This document shows, in pieces, positions 36,519 through 45,901 of a stretch of DNA of 64,000 nt. The number at the start of each line of letters is the position of its first letter. Positions within the stretch are counted from its first letter, which is position 1. Below the pieces are notes generated by a model, which worked only from the letters and a program-made list of their open reading frames with translations, ran no database searches and was not told the origin of the DNA. Where the stretch lies: positions 6,715 through 70,714 of IMG/VR virus record IMGVR_UViG_3300046535_001489; one strand, 5' to 3'. Source of the stretch: a virus. Both the position numbers and the translations under genes were made by a program.

Positions 36519-37029
36519 AAACGATAGTTGGCGGCACGAGCTTGTACGCTTTCAGCTCTTCTTCCCATTCATCTTGGAATCGTTTGAGATTAGAGATGGC
36601 GGCTTTGGCGTATGCTGGAGTGCCATACTGATCCTGAGTAGGAAAGGGGTATTTACCGACAGCCTTATTATGGTTCATGCTGTTGTTCCCCCAAAATAAC
36701 CCGCTCACGTCAACTCTAGTAACTTCAGGAAACAGCAGGTAGGTCTCATATTCAGTTTCATCACGCCAAGGATAATGCAGCTCCTTTTCAAACTTCCTTT
36801 TCGTGAGGGTCATCGTGTGTAGCCACCCCGAAAAACACCCAATCGTTCCACAAGCCGGGCCACGGGTGATGTCTTCGTTGACATCTGGAACAACCGATAG
36901 AATAAAATTCTCCATATACAATCGTTTCGGCTCAGCCCTCACCAATTCAATAAGCTCGTTAATAAGTTCGTAGCTGTTGGTTGCGCGGCTGTGGGGCGTC
37001 AAATCCCAGTGTCGTTCCATTGCTGTCAT
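36517..37029 (-). CDS. Hypothetical protein
   Basis: CGTIGCFSGW motif seen in small phage proteins. GGAG RBS. Confidence 0.6.
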   Translation of the reverse strand: MTAMERHWDLTPHSRATNSYELINELIELVRAEPKRLYMENFILSVVPDVNEDITRGPACGTIGCFSGWLHTMTLTKRKFEKELHYPWRDETEYETYLLFPEVTRVDVSGLFWGNNSMNHNKAVGKYPFPTQDQYGTPAYAKAAISNLKRFQDEWEEELKAYKLVPPTIV

Positions 37030-37048
37030 AACAGTCTCCTAATGAATT

Positions 37049-37348
37049 TTAGAGCTTCCCACCACGATTTTGAAATTCTGCAAGCAGTCCTAATGTATAG
37101 TAATCACAATGCCGATCCCTATACATTTGGTCATGCAGCAATGCAGCCATACTCAATCTCAACGGCGCACACTGCACTTCACTAAACACCCCTTGAGCAT
37201 CAAAGCACATTACTGGTCGATTGCCGTCCATCACTACGACATTTTGGCCTTTACTCTGAGCCACAAAGCGGCCTAGCTCGAAGCTTTTGGTTTTATCTTT
37301 GAGGCCTTGGATCTTGAGTTCACCCTGCATAATCTCTGCTCCCTTCAT
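37049..37348 (-). CDS. Hypothetical protein
   Basis: ORF in the early arm. Confidence 0.5.
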   Translation of the reverse strand: MKGAEIMQGELKIQGLKDKTKSFELGRFVAQSKGQNVVVMDGNRPVMCFDAQGVFSEVQCAPLRLSMAALLHDQMYRDRHCDYYTLGLLAEFQNRGGKL

Positions 37349-37462
37349 TATTAGCTAACTCAACTCATCTATTGCGAATAGTAAGCCCTATTGCCACAAA
37401 TACTAAAAGCCATGCCACAGCTGTCATAAGCATTGAGATGTTGATGATTGAGAAGGTCACCT

Positions 37463-37708
37463 TTAGTACCTCGCTACAAGATTAGGCACGTTTAGTAGTT
37501 GCTCAAAGTCCTTAAGAGCAGCATTAACTTCGTCTACGTGTCGTTGGTAGCCATCAATGACTTCTTGGCGCGTATTGCCACTTTGGCCGTATTGCCTTTT
37601 CATTTCGTCTGGTGTGCAGTTACGAAATGCAGCCTTTGCACGCTCTAAGTTATCACCGCGTCTTTCTTTGATGGCTTGAAGAATCAGATTGTAGGATTTT
37701 TTGGTCAT
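37463..37708 (-). CDS. Hypothetical protein
   Basis: GGAGG RBS; GDNLERAK.AF...YGQSG.TR motif. Confidence 0.6.
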   Translation of the reverse strand: MTKKSYNLILQAIKERRGDNLERAKAAFRNCTPDEMKRQYGQSGNTRQEVIDGYQRHVDEVNAALKDFEQLLNVPNLVARY

Positions 37709-37951
37709 CGCAGCCTCCTAATCTTCTTATAGAAATCCATGCAATCATCACACAAATAGTATGGATATTTCCACACAGCCCTGGCGATTTCACAGATGAC
37801 ACAGGTGATTTTGATGCTCATCTATGCACCCAGCAATCCTTGCAGAACCAATTACCGTTGGCTTGATAACGTCTGCATTGCCGCAACTGCCCACACACAC
37901 GACAAAAGTGCCGTTTAGCCTTTTTCTTAACCATTGTCAATACCCCGGTGG

Positions 37952-38140
37952 TTAGTTATTTTCTCGCATAGCCTTAAAAGCATCCGATGAGCAGTCACTA
38001 CAATGCCACAAAGGTTGCTTATGTTTACACCAACCACAAGTACGATGCCCCCTTGTTCCAGCCTTTAAGCAGTTAGCACGCTCCAAATCATCTAAACGTG
38101 GTTCATAACCTGTTAAATGAAAGAACTCAAACGTATTCAT
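37952..38140 (-). CDS. Small Cys-rich protein
   Basis: DDLERANC.KAG..GH..CGWC..H motif. Confidence 0.6.
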   Translation of the reverse strand: MNTFEFFHLTGYEPRLDDLERANCLKAGTRGHRTCGWCKHKQPLWHCSDCSSDAFKAMRENN

Positions 38141-38528
38141 CTTAACCCCCTAGTCAATACCCTCTAAGCTACCTTCCACCTTTGGTTATGGTTTTAATAG
38201 GAATACGCCTAACATGCCATTTATGCCACACAAGCAAAGCTAGACACTTAGGGCACCAAAATTGATGCTTAAAGCCCTGTAATTCTCTACTTGCTGGCAT
38301 TATCCGGCAAACACTACAAATAGGTGTATCCATATAATCCTTTGCCACAAAGCGGAAGGCAGGTTGGAAGAGATTAACTCTTCACCGCAGCCAACAACGC
38401 TCTCTGCTTCTTCGCCCCAACTCCCACACCCAATCTGCTATCCAGCACAGCCACCTTCTGAGAGGTAGAGAGTGAGTGCCAGTATTCGATTCGCTCAGCA
38501 GCTTCGATGCGGCGCATTTCTTTAGACT

Positions 38529-38726
38529 TCATTTAACCTCCTCTAGCGCATCCTTTGGCAATTCAAAGAACGGCAGCTTACCACCCCAACAACAGGCAAT
38601 GCCTCGTGGAGTGATACATCCGTAGGTTGGTCCGCTATATCGCTCAACAATCTCCCCTGCATTGAGGTCATCATCGAGCCAATGGCATTCTTCACGAACA
38701 ACGGGGCGAATGAGTCTGTATTTCAT
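38529..38726 (-). CDS. Hypothetical protein
   Basis: EECHWL...TYGCI...PFFELP. GGAG RBS. Confidence 0.6.
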   Translation of the reverse strand: MKYRLIRPVVREECHWLDDDLNAGEIVERYSGPTYGCITPRGIACCWGGKLPFFELPKDALEEVK

Positions 38727-38862
38727 GGCTCCTGTCTCCTTCCTCTCTCACGAATCTGTTCCCTCACCCATTGTGAAGTTACAGCGTCGGCTTCCTGGTT
38801 ATTGCGAAGTACTACATAAGCCACCACGAGTACCACAGCAAATCCGCCAATCATCCATGCCA

Positions 38863-39126
38863 CTATTTGACCTCCTTTAAACTGTCAGGAAGAAAAAGTA
38901 TATCTTCCACATTCATTTTCCAGCCATTGTCTTCACCAAGACGATAAGGGGCTACTTCTATATTACTTACGCCTTGTTCATCAAACACAGTCCCATCAAA
39001 GGCACAAGTATATAGATTCTGAGTTTTGTGGTAGTTAACCTCATCTAGGCTACCACATTCAGGACAGGTGAGCGGTTGGCCATGTGTAAACACCACCGCA
39101 TTTAGATGTTTAATATAAGTAAGCAT
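38863..39126 (-). CDS. Zinc-ribbon protein
   Basis: CPECG...C..D. Confidence 0.5.
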   Translation of the reverse strand: MLTYIKHLNAVVFTHGQPLTCPECGSLDEVNYHKTQNLYTCAFDGTVFDEQGVSNIEVAPYRLGEDNGWKMNVEDILFLPDSLKEVK

Positions 39127-39132
39127 CGAAAC

Positions 39133-39432
39133 CTACTGCAACCCCTTCGGTCCAGGTACCCAGTTAGCCTCTGGCATCTTTGGAGTAGACTCACACGCCA
39201 CTGTATCCTTCTCAGCATCCTCAGCCAACGAAGGGTCCACAGCCAGAATCCGCTCCTTTACTGACATCATCTTCTCTACAGATGTTCCAGCCAAGAAATC
39301 ATCAATATCAGCAGCTGCGGCTTTGAGAGCTGTTGACAATTCCTTTGTGGGTGGAATCCCTGTCACACCAAATGACACCAACAGAATGTCGAACAAATCA
39401 TGAACAACAGCATAGCGATTCACTTCAGACAT
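39133..39432 (-). CDS. Hypothetical protein
   Basis: GGAGG upstream. Confidence 0.55.
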   Translation of the reverse strand: MSEVNRYAVVHDLFDILLVSFGVTGIPPTKELSTALKAAAADIDDFLAGTSVEKMMSVKERILAVDPSLAEDAEKDTVACESTPKMPEANWVPGPKGLQ

Positions 39433-39483
39433 CTCTCAATCCTCCCTTATTTGATGTTGACTTCCACCACGAATTTAAAGGGT

Positions 39484-39580
39484 TGCCACAGGCAGGCGTC
39501 GAACCTACTAATAAGTATATTACGTAGGATAATATACTTATCAACACCAAAGGATTCCTACATCCTATTGTGTCTGTAGC
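39484..39580 (-). ncRNA. 97-nt tRNA-like RNA with elongated arms and complementary loops
   Basis: GCTACAG/CTGTGGC-A acceptor stem; T arm GTAGG-TTCGACG-CCTGC; 14-bp arm with loop TCCTACG; D-position arm loop GTAGGA. Confidence 0.65.
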
Positions 39581-39590
39581 ATAAACTTAG

Positions 39591-39664
39591 CTTTCTCAAT
39601 GGGACGCTGGAGCAGATTATATCAGGCTATTCCTGATTCAAGCTCCAACGCCCTATTCAAAAAG
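39591..39664 (-). ncRNA. Candidate long hairpin RNA
   Basis: GGGCGTTGGAGC/GCTCCAGCGTCC (two G-U pairs on the minus strand) and an apical ATCAGG/CCTGAT. Confidence 0.45.
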
Positions 39665-40268
39665 CGGCAGTTTTTGGTGCTGCGATAACTGCCAACGCCA
39701 TGCCGTTTAGGATACGGTCAAACTCTGCTGTTTTAACAATATATAATCTAAGCTCCGTTTAACCGACTACGGAGAAGGCTGAAGGCTATGTAGCGGTTAT
39801 TTGAGATACCACCTAAACTCTTCACGTTGGCTCAACCCGGTGGGCTATTCATCATTCACCCATTCTGCCTATTGGCCAGTTAAGGATAAATCTATACCAC
39901 ACACATGCTAAAAGCGGGCTTTCACTTAATAGCCCAATGTGCCAGCCTTTTGACGGCTCCCTATAATTATAGGGACGTATCTGGTCACCCACATTTATAT
40001 TATAGGCTGTCTTTCCAGCAGTCAGCCCGTAGGCGATGGAGTGGAGCATAAGACTCCTTTTAATTATTTGTGTTTATTCCAGCAAAAGGCACAACACTGC
40101 TTTATACGGTTTGGCTCGCCTCCAAAGAAGATACGTTTACACCACTGACAAATGATACTATCTGATAAATACATGGGCTATAAACCTACTTATCGTATCC
40201 CCGAATCTTCCTCAACTCCAGACACGCACGAATCAGTTGCTGTTGCAGATTGGACATAGGTGCTCCTT

Positions 40269-40763
40269 CTATCGCGTCACTGTAGTATTAAATCCCTTCT
40301 GGCTTGGCAATCCTTCTTTCCACTCCTTTTTCCTTACAGCAGGAAGTTCCCCAGGTGTCAATCCACTCGGCCCACCAATCGCTTCTCCTTTCATGTAGAA
40401 GATAGTCTTGTGTCTATCTTCCTTACCATCCTTTGTAGGTTGCAGCTTCCGCAGATTCTCAATTCTCTGCTCTGTATCCTGTCTATTGAAACAGTCAGCA
40501 CAACCATGAGCTTTCTTCAACACTGGAGGTTTCTTGACTGCCTCAATCGTTGCCACATTCGTCACAGGGTTGATAGTGAGAATCTCCTCTTTCGGGGGCC
40601 AGTAGCCGATGGTAATCTTACGGCTATCATGGAGCTTAATAGCCACACCACAAAATCCACACTCTACATGTGGACTACCATCAACAAACAGGGTATCTCC
40701 AATCTTCACAGTGCCTCGACTGCGGTTTAACATCTGACTAACTGGCATTAAATACGCCATCAT
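40269..40763 (-). CDS. Zinc-binding hypothetical protein
   Basis: CGFC...CADC. Confidence 0.55.
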   Translation of the reverse strand: MMAYLMPVSQMLNRSRGTVKIGDTLFVDGSPHVECGFCGVAIKLHDSRKITIGYWPPKEEILTINPVTNVATIEAVKKPPVLKKAHGCADCFNRQDTEQRIENLRKLQPTKDGKEDRHKTIFYMKGEAIGGPSGLTPGELPAVRKKEWKEGLPSQKGFNTTVTR

Positions 40764-41025
40764 AGCCCATCCCTTCCAGCATTGTTGAATGCTAGGTCCC
40801 TGTCAGCCTTAGTGTCGAAACTGCGAATGATGATATACGTTCCGTCGTCTTCGCAGCCGCAACAAAGCTGTATAGCAATGCAATACTTCCCATTGTGGTC
40901 TATCTTAATCATCGTCGCTACCTCCTTATCTAAACCAAAAGCTTAGATAAAGAGATGCTAGTCTTTTTCTACAGACATACGCTGTAGTGGCTAAAGACTA
41001 GCAAAACCCAGCGACGATGCCGACC

Positions 41026-41427
41026 TTACAGCGCGATGTTGTATTCCGAGGGTTTCGGCAGTGGTGCGTGCGTCCAGTTCAGAAACGCCAGCTTGATTTC
41101 AGGCAAGAGCCTGTCCAAAGCTTCTCTGCCGTCGGAATCCTCGGTGTTGGCGACCAGAATCGTCCGGCCGTCGTGACCTTCAACCCTAACAGGGTCAACG
41201 GCCAAAACCTCGGTGCCGTAGGATGTTGGAACGGCAACGCTGAAGTCTCCCCCAGCTTTCGCGAAGATGGGGAAGTCCAGGCAAAGCCCTGTCAGCGGTC
41301 CAATCAAGCTGACGTATGCCCGAAACTTCGGGGACTTCTCTGATGCTGTTTTCTTGGCGACAACGAATCTCACTTTCATTGTCGGGGCAGCATTCTCAAT
41401 CAACGGTGCTGAATAGTCTGTAGACAT
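41026..41427 (-). CDS. Hypothetical protein, possibly SpoVG/PC4-like nucleic-acid binding
   Basis: RAYVSL...DFPIF....FSVAVP beta pattern followed by a helix. Confidence 0.45.
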   Translation of the reverse strand: MSTDYSAPLIENAAPTMKVRFVVAKKTASEKSPKFRAYVSLIGPLTGLCLDFPIFAKAGGDFSVAVPTSYGTEVLAVDPVRVEGHDGRTILVANTEDSDGREALDRLLPEIKLAFLNWTHAPLPKPSEYNIAL

Positions 41428-41500
41428 TTCGTAACCTCTCTAGGCTATACGGTATGTTTATTGCTACTAGCTAACCCGTATCATTAGCAAGTAGTAGATT

Positions 41501-41791
41501 GATTATCAATCTAAAGCATAGGACAGTCGGAAGTTAGCGTTTACTTATACGATAACCATTCTTCGCCGTCGATAGTTACAGTTCTCGGTGCCTTAGCCAT
41601 CGCTTCTGCCTTGTTCAACGCAATCCTTGCAGACTTAAGCTTACGGTGAACGTCGGCAGCTTGCCAGATGGCCATTCCATCAGCAGGCAAGCTTTCGATA
41701 CTTGCTAATGCTGCATGGGCTTCGCTGAATCGTTCATCAATCTTTAGCATGTTGATGCTCCAAGACTGTCCTATCCTGTAGAGTGATAATC
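41501..41791. repeat. 28-bp inverted repeat flanking ORF 41541-41750
   Basis: 41501-41528 versus 41764-41791: 25 of 28 positions complementary. Confidence 0.75.
41541..41750 (-). CDS. Small early protein
   Basis: GGAG RBS. First clear ORF after the non-coding region. Confidence 0.55.
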   Translation of the reverse strand: MLKIDERFSEAHAALASIESLPADGMAIWQAADVHRKLKSARIALNKAEAMAKAPRTVTIDGEEWLSYK

Positions 41792-41794
41792 ATT

Positions 41795-41996
41795 CGATAG
41801 AACCCTTAAGAAAACCCTAAGGCAAGCCAGGTGAGGATTATCAACGTCTTGGCGCATGCTGTAGGTGTTCGCATAGCCTAAGACTTCTGAAGTCTTTATC
41901 TATGTCGGTCGTTACAGTGGCTTGAAGGTGTGTTGTATGTTCTCAGGCTAAAAGCCTATTCTGTCAACCTTAAGGGCTTTACTAAAGGTTCTATCG
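41795..41996. repeat. About 28-bp imperfect inverted repeat enclosing about 145 nt
   Basis: CGATAGAACCCTTAAGAAAACCCTAAGG versus CCTTAAGGGCTTTACTAAAGGTTCTATCG. Confidence 0.7.
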
Positions 41997-42502
41997 TTGC
42001 GCCATCAGGGCGTGTCCGTCTACTGCGGTATGCCTTGTCCCCGCTCCCTTAAGACCAAACCGGACGCTGTAGGCTGCCCTACGCTCTTTCCGTTGAACCT
42101 TCAAGGGTTGCTATTGGGTTAGTCTGCAACCGTTTCGCTGAGTTTTCAATGACCGCCCGACCGCTTTGCGCTTGACGACGGCCGACGGTCGGCAAATAAG
42201 CAGGCGGCTTGCCAAGTGTGCCAACCCGCAAAAAGCCTAGCAAATCCGCTGTTTTCGCCCTTTTGTTCGCTGCTCGAAGTCTGACTCGGGGCAGACAAAA
42301 GTTGCACAAGTCAGCTGACTACCGCCTTTTTCTACCTCAGCAGCAAGAATCGGCCAACTTTCGCGTCGTTTTCGCCCCCGGTAGTGGGTAGGTAGCCTGC
42401 TCTCGGCGATTGTGGCTCCAGCAGCCTGCTAGGTGCCTTGCAGGTGCCTTGTGGCGGTCGCTCGTGAGTCGAAAAAGGAGCATCGGCCGATAGCATCGCG
42501 TT

Positions 42503-42712
42503 TGGCAATAGCTATGCCAGTGTCCTGGATTGTAGACAGAGGGGTATCGGCGTAGTCTATCCGAGTCGGAATCCAGCAATCTGCTAAAGCTCGACTCAAG
42601 TAATCTGATAGCTGAGTTATCAACCCCATTGGCTCAACTATTGCATAGGCGACCTGGCATGGGGCTTGCATTAGCATAAACCGTGCCAAAGGACGATGGC
42701 ATGGCCCTTGCA
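42503..42712. promoter_or_regulatory. Cluster of sigma54-type (-24/-12) boxes on both strands
   Basis: TGGC-N9-GC at 42503(+), 42519(-), 42630(+), 42655(+), 42688(-) and 42697(+). Confidence 0.55.
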
Positions 42713-42825
42713 TGGCGGGCATTGTCGCGGGGGCGGCCGTCAGAGGCTGTGGAGGTGTACCGACTTCATTTTTCTTGCATTAAACTTACCTATATGGATG
42801 AGTTCGTTCGCGGCCTCTAATCTCT

Positions 42826-43449
42826 CTAAGTTGTTGACTCCTTTGACTTTGCCTTCGCTAGCTCCACAGCATAAAGTTCCTCCATGGTTTCGGGTTGCTT
42901 CGTTGGAGCAGGGTTGCGAGAAATGCCCATGTAGGATGATGTGGTGGCGTTCATGCCTGTAATACCATAGAGGGATTTGGATGTTTTGGGGTTTTTAACT
43001 GTTACATTTCCAGTCCACTTAAACTGCCCAGCTATTCCTGGGTCTCCTTCACCGCTGCTAGTGCTAAGTTTACAGCTATAATCCCATTCTGATTTAGTAG
43101 GAATTGATAATGGTTCAAAAGCCGGAGCAGCTTCGCCGACTTTGTGGAATACGGCTTCTTTGCGCTGGGCGATTAGCTTTTTCATTAGCCCGATATAGAT
43201 ACTTTGGATAAAGGCCGACGGATCAGCAGTATCATAGATACTAAGTTTACTCATAGATTCAACAGCTAAACAGTTATTAGTCAAATCTATTGCCCGCAAA
43301 TCGATATGGTTCATATGACCCATATAATGCCACGACAAGCCAATTTTATAGTTATTGCAATCAGGCTGAAGCTCTTTTATCACGTAGTCGATATAGTCTA
43401 CTGTTTTCTTCTGCGCCAAATTGTTCTCCTTAGTTGACAAAGTTTCCAT
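42826..43449 (-). CDS. Hypothetical protein
   Basis: 207-aa AT-rich ORF. Confidence 0.5.
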   Translation of the reverse strand: METLSTKENNLAQKKTVDYIDYVIKELQPDCNNYKIGLSWHYMGHMNHIDLRAIDLTNNCLAVESMSKLSIYDTADPSAFIQSIYIGLMKKLIAQRKEAVFHKVGEAAPAFEPLSIPTKSEWDYSCKLSTSSGEGDPGIAGQFKWTGNVTVKNPKTSKSLYGITGMNATTSSYMGISRNPAPTKQPETMEELYAVELAKAKSKESTT

Positions 43450-43454
43450 GATAG

Positions 43455-43483
43455 TTGACTAGATGCAGAAAGTATGCCATACT
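43455..43483 (+). promoter_or_regulatory. Putative sigma70 promoter for the packaging/late arm
   Basis: TTGACT-17 bp-CATACT with a TG extension. Confidence 0.5.
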
Positions 43484-43576
43484 TCATTCAATGCAACCCG
43501 CTCCCCTCCCGCCGCTCCTCCAGTCCCTCCCCTGGTGTGAATGTTGCCAGACGGCTGAGTGGGTTGCAGACCTTTG

Positions 43577-43846
43577 ATGCCTATCCCCATGTACCCAAAG
43601 GTACCCCATCCTTTGCCTACGGACCCTGCAAAGCCAGCCAAGGTGTATGTTTCGCCAGAAGTGGTAGCCAATGGCCAACCCGCAGCCGACGAACCGCGCT
43701 ATGGCTGCATCGGGGAAGACACGCTGCTGACAATGCACATTCCGCTGGTGGGGTACATTGTCATCCGCACCCATGGCCGCACCGCAGGCATCTGCACCTT
43801 CACCGAAGCCGAAATTGCCAATGGACAAGTTAATCCCAGAGATTGA
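43577..43846 (+). CDS. Hypothetical protein
   Basis: First plus-strand ORF after the promoter. Confidence 0.4.
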   Translation: MPIPMYPKVPHPLPTDPAKPAKVYVSPEVVANGQPAADEPRYGCIGEDTLLTMHIPLVGYIVIRTHGRTAGICTFTEAEIANGQVNPRD

Positions 43847-44339
43847 GGTGTTTGCAAGGCCCTTTGGGTATCTGCAATGGGTGTGCCCGAATTGCCATGA
43901 AATATTTGGGGCTAAACAAATCAGCGGTCGCACGGCTAGGATTGTCTGTAATCATTGTGCGCGAGTATATCGCTTGGGGCTGAGTTTCGGCAGAGGTAAT
44001 AACCTACCTGCCCCTTGGAACGCTAAGCTCGCGGGGCAGTGGAATGGCTACACAGCTAATCGACTTGGAGACCCCTTCCCGCCAAATGCTATTGCCCGCT
44101 TTAGAGGACGCCTCGACTGGCGCTGTCCTCAATGTGAGACAACGCAGTCTTCAGCTGTGGGCCGTGAGCTAATGGATGTTCGCTGCGGAGCTTGCAGCAA
44201 GATATTTTACCTTAGCGTCCTATTTTACAATAGCAAACCGGGTGCTATAGTTACCTGCCCGATAGACTGGAGCCCACCATTTGAGCCTACTGAAAGTCCT
44301 AGCAACCCCCTGGCTGCTGAGGCGGCTAGTCAAAGCTAA
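43821..44339 (+). CDS. Protein with two tandem zinc-ribbon repeats
   Basis: G.L.W.CP.C...C..C...Y.L pattern occurs twice. Confidence 0.6.
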   Translation: MDKLIPEIEVFARPFGYLQWVCPNCHEIFGAKQISGRTARIVCNHCARVYRLGLSFGRGNNLPAPWNAKLAGQWNGYTANRLGDPFPPNAIARFRGRLDWRCPQCETTQSSAVGRELMDVRCGACSKIFYLSVLFYNSKPGAIVTCPIDWSPPFEPTESPSNPLAAEAASQS

Positions 44340-44523
44340 TGAAAAAGCCGCTAACGCCCTCGAAGACATCGCCGCAGCCCTCAACACTGAGTTTGGCATC
44401 GTTAAATCGCCTAGCCAAGAAGCAGCAGACGACGACGACGACTACTCCGTCAGCACCGACCAAGACACCTACGAAAGAGAAGTGGGGCCAAGGCGGCGCT
44501 CTCGTCGTGACAGCGAAGAATAA
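44281..44523 (+). CDS. Hypothetical protein
   Basis: Helical then acidic. Overlaps both neighbours. Confidence 0.45.
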   Translation: MSLLKVLATPWLLRRLVKANEKAANALEDIAAALNTEFGIVKSPSQEAADDDDDYSVSTDQDTYEREVGPRRRSRRDSEE

Positions 44524-45121
44524 GCAGGCGCTCGACCAGGTGGAAGAAGCGATTGGTGGGAGGGCAGCATTTGTCGATACCATAGCTCTCGCGCCGCTGG
44601 ACAAAAAGCAAGAGCACTTTCTGAGACTGCTGTGCGACCCCATGAGGCAGACGGATAGCGTAGCGACGATAGCTAGAGATGCTGGGCTGCTGCCGACGCA
44701 GGTGATGAGTCTCTATAGGGAAGCCAGCTTTGCCAAGGCGCATGCTATCTCGATGGGGCAGCTGGCGGAGCGCATACCAGCTGTGGTGAAGGATCTTGCC
44801 GACAAAGCCCTCGATGAAGTGATTCAGTGCCCTGAGTGCCTTGGCGACGGTGCAGCTAGCGACATCGAAGCCTGCGAAAAGTGCCATGGGCGCGGCACCA
44901 TCATGCGCCAAGGCGATCTCGACCATAAAAAGGTGGCGCTGGAGCTGAGCGGGCTGCTGAAAAAGGGACCGGGGGTCAATGTGCAGGTGCAGCAGAATAA
45001 TATTACAGCACAATCGCCTGGGGGGTTCTTCAGTCGCTTCGTCAAATCCACTGATGCTGATGCCTATGCCGTGAATGTCGAGCCCATCGAAGCGGAGGTC
45101 GCCGCTGGCAAGGAAGATTGA
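44339..45121 (+). CDS. Probable terminase small subunit with a DnaJ-type zinc finger (true start probably further downstream)
   Basis: HTH-like SVATIARDAGL, CPECLGDG...CEKCHGRG and a VNVQVQQNN tail. Upstream of TerL. Confidence 0.55.
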   Translation: MKKPLTPSKTSPQPSTLSLASLNRLAKKQQTTTTTTPSAPTKTPTKEKWGQGGALVVTAKNKQALDQVEEAIGGRAAFVDTIALAPLDKKQEHFLRLLCDPMRQTDSVATIARDAGLLPTQVMSLYREASFAKAHAISMGQLAERIPAVVKDLADKALDEVIQCPECLGDGAASDIEACEKCHGRGTIMRQGDLDHKKVALELSGLLKKGPGVNVQVQQNNITAQSPGGFFSRFVKSTDADAYAVNVEPIEAEVAAGKED

Positions 45122-45278
45122 GGATCGCGAGTATAAGCGCATCCTTGAATTGAAGGCTATCGGCCTTACAGCGGCTGTCATTGCTGAACGCCTGGGGGTG
45201 TCGCGCAAGACAGTTCAGGTTTATTTACGCGCAAATCGTCTCAATTTGAAGCCCTACGAGGTGCCTTCAGGTGCGTAA
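45075..45278 (+). CDS. Small HTH DNA-binding protein
   Basis: GLTAAVIAERLGVSRKTVQVYL. Confidence 0.65.
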   Translation: MSSPSKRRSPLARKIEDREYKRILELKAIGLTAAVIAERLGVSRKTVQVYLRANRLNLKPYEVPSGA

Positions 45279-45726
45279 GAGAGACCCGAATAAAAAGATG
45301 TCTCCGCAGCGCCTGAAAAAACAGCGCGAATATAATGCAACTCATAAAGAAATGATGCTTGCATCTAAAAGAAAGTACGCTGAGAAATATAAAGAGGAAC
45401 TTAAAGTATATAAACGTGAGTGGGAGATAGCGAATAAGGATAAATTGAAGCCACACAAAGCTAAATATTATCTGAAAAAGACATATAACTTAACCCCTGA
45501 ACAGTTAGAGATTATGGTTCAAGCTCAGCAGGGAGTATGTGCTATATGTAAACAGCCAGAGCGCCAAAATACCCGGCTTTCGATTGACCATAATCATCAA
45601 ACAGGCAAGATTCGTGGTTTGTTATGCCGTAATTGTAATGCTGCTCTTGGAGCATTTAAGGATAATCCACTATATCTTCAGATTGCCATTGATTATTTAA
45701 ATTATCATGATAGTAGGGAGACCTAA
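45271..45726 (+). CDS. Endonuclease VII-family homing endonuclease
   Basis: Q.GVCAIC...LSIDHNHQTGKIRGLLCRNCN..LG.FKD. AT-rich. Confidence 0.9.
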   Translation: MRKRDPNKKMSPQRLKKQREYNATHKEMMLASKRKYAEKYKEELKVYKREWEIANKDKLKPHKAKYYLKKTYNLTPEQLEIMVQAQQGVCAICKQPERQNTRLSIDHNHQTGKIRGLLCRNCNAALGAFKDNPLYLQIAIDYLNYHDSRET

Positions 45727-45901
45727 GTTGCACTTAGGAGAGGAAGTAATCTCTATATTGAGTAGATGGATTGATTACGCTGAGCCTGAGCCTGAAATAT
45801 ACCGTGACTTTACGCACTTAGAGGTTGCCTATTTGCAGTTGGATCTACTTAAGGCTGTGGAAATGCTGAGACTTGCCGCTGGGCCAACGGTGGAGAGCTA
45901 G

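Noticed and set aside
39484-39580. Amber suppressor tRNA / TAG recoding of the genome
   Set aside because: The arm geometry is non-canonical. Genes read intact in code 11, the polymerase break is TAA, and TAG read-through would not join the two terL frames.
39591-39664. SRP (4.5S) RNA
   Set aside because: It lacks the conserved CAGG...GGAA...AGCAG domain IV motif.
42079-42962. Short ORFs in the divergence region
   Set aside because: They have no RBS or motifs and contradict each other in frame and strand. The region looks regulatory.
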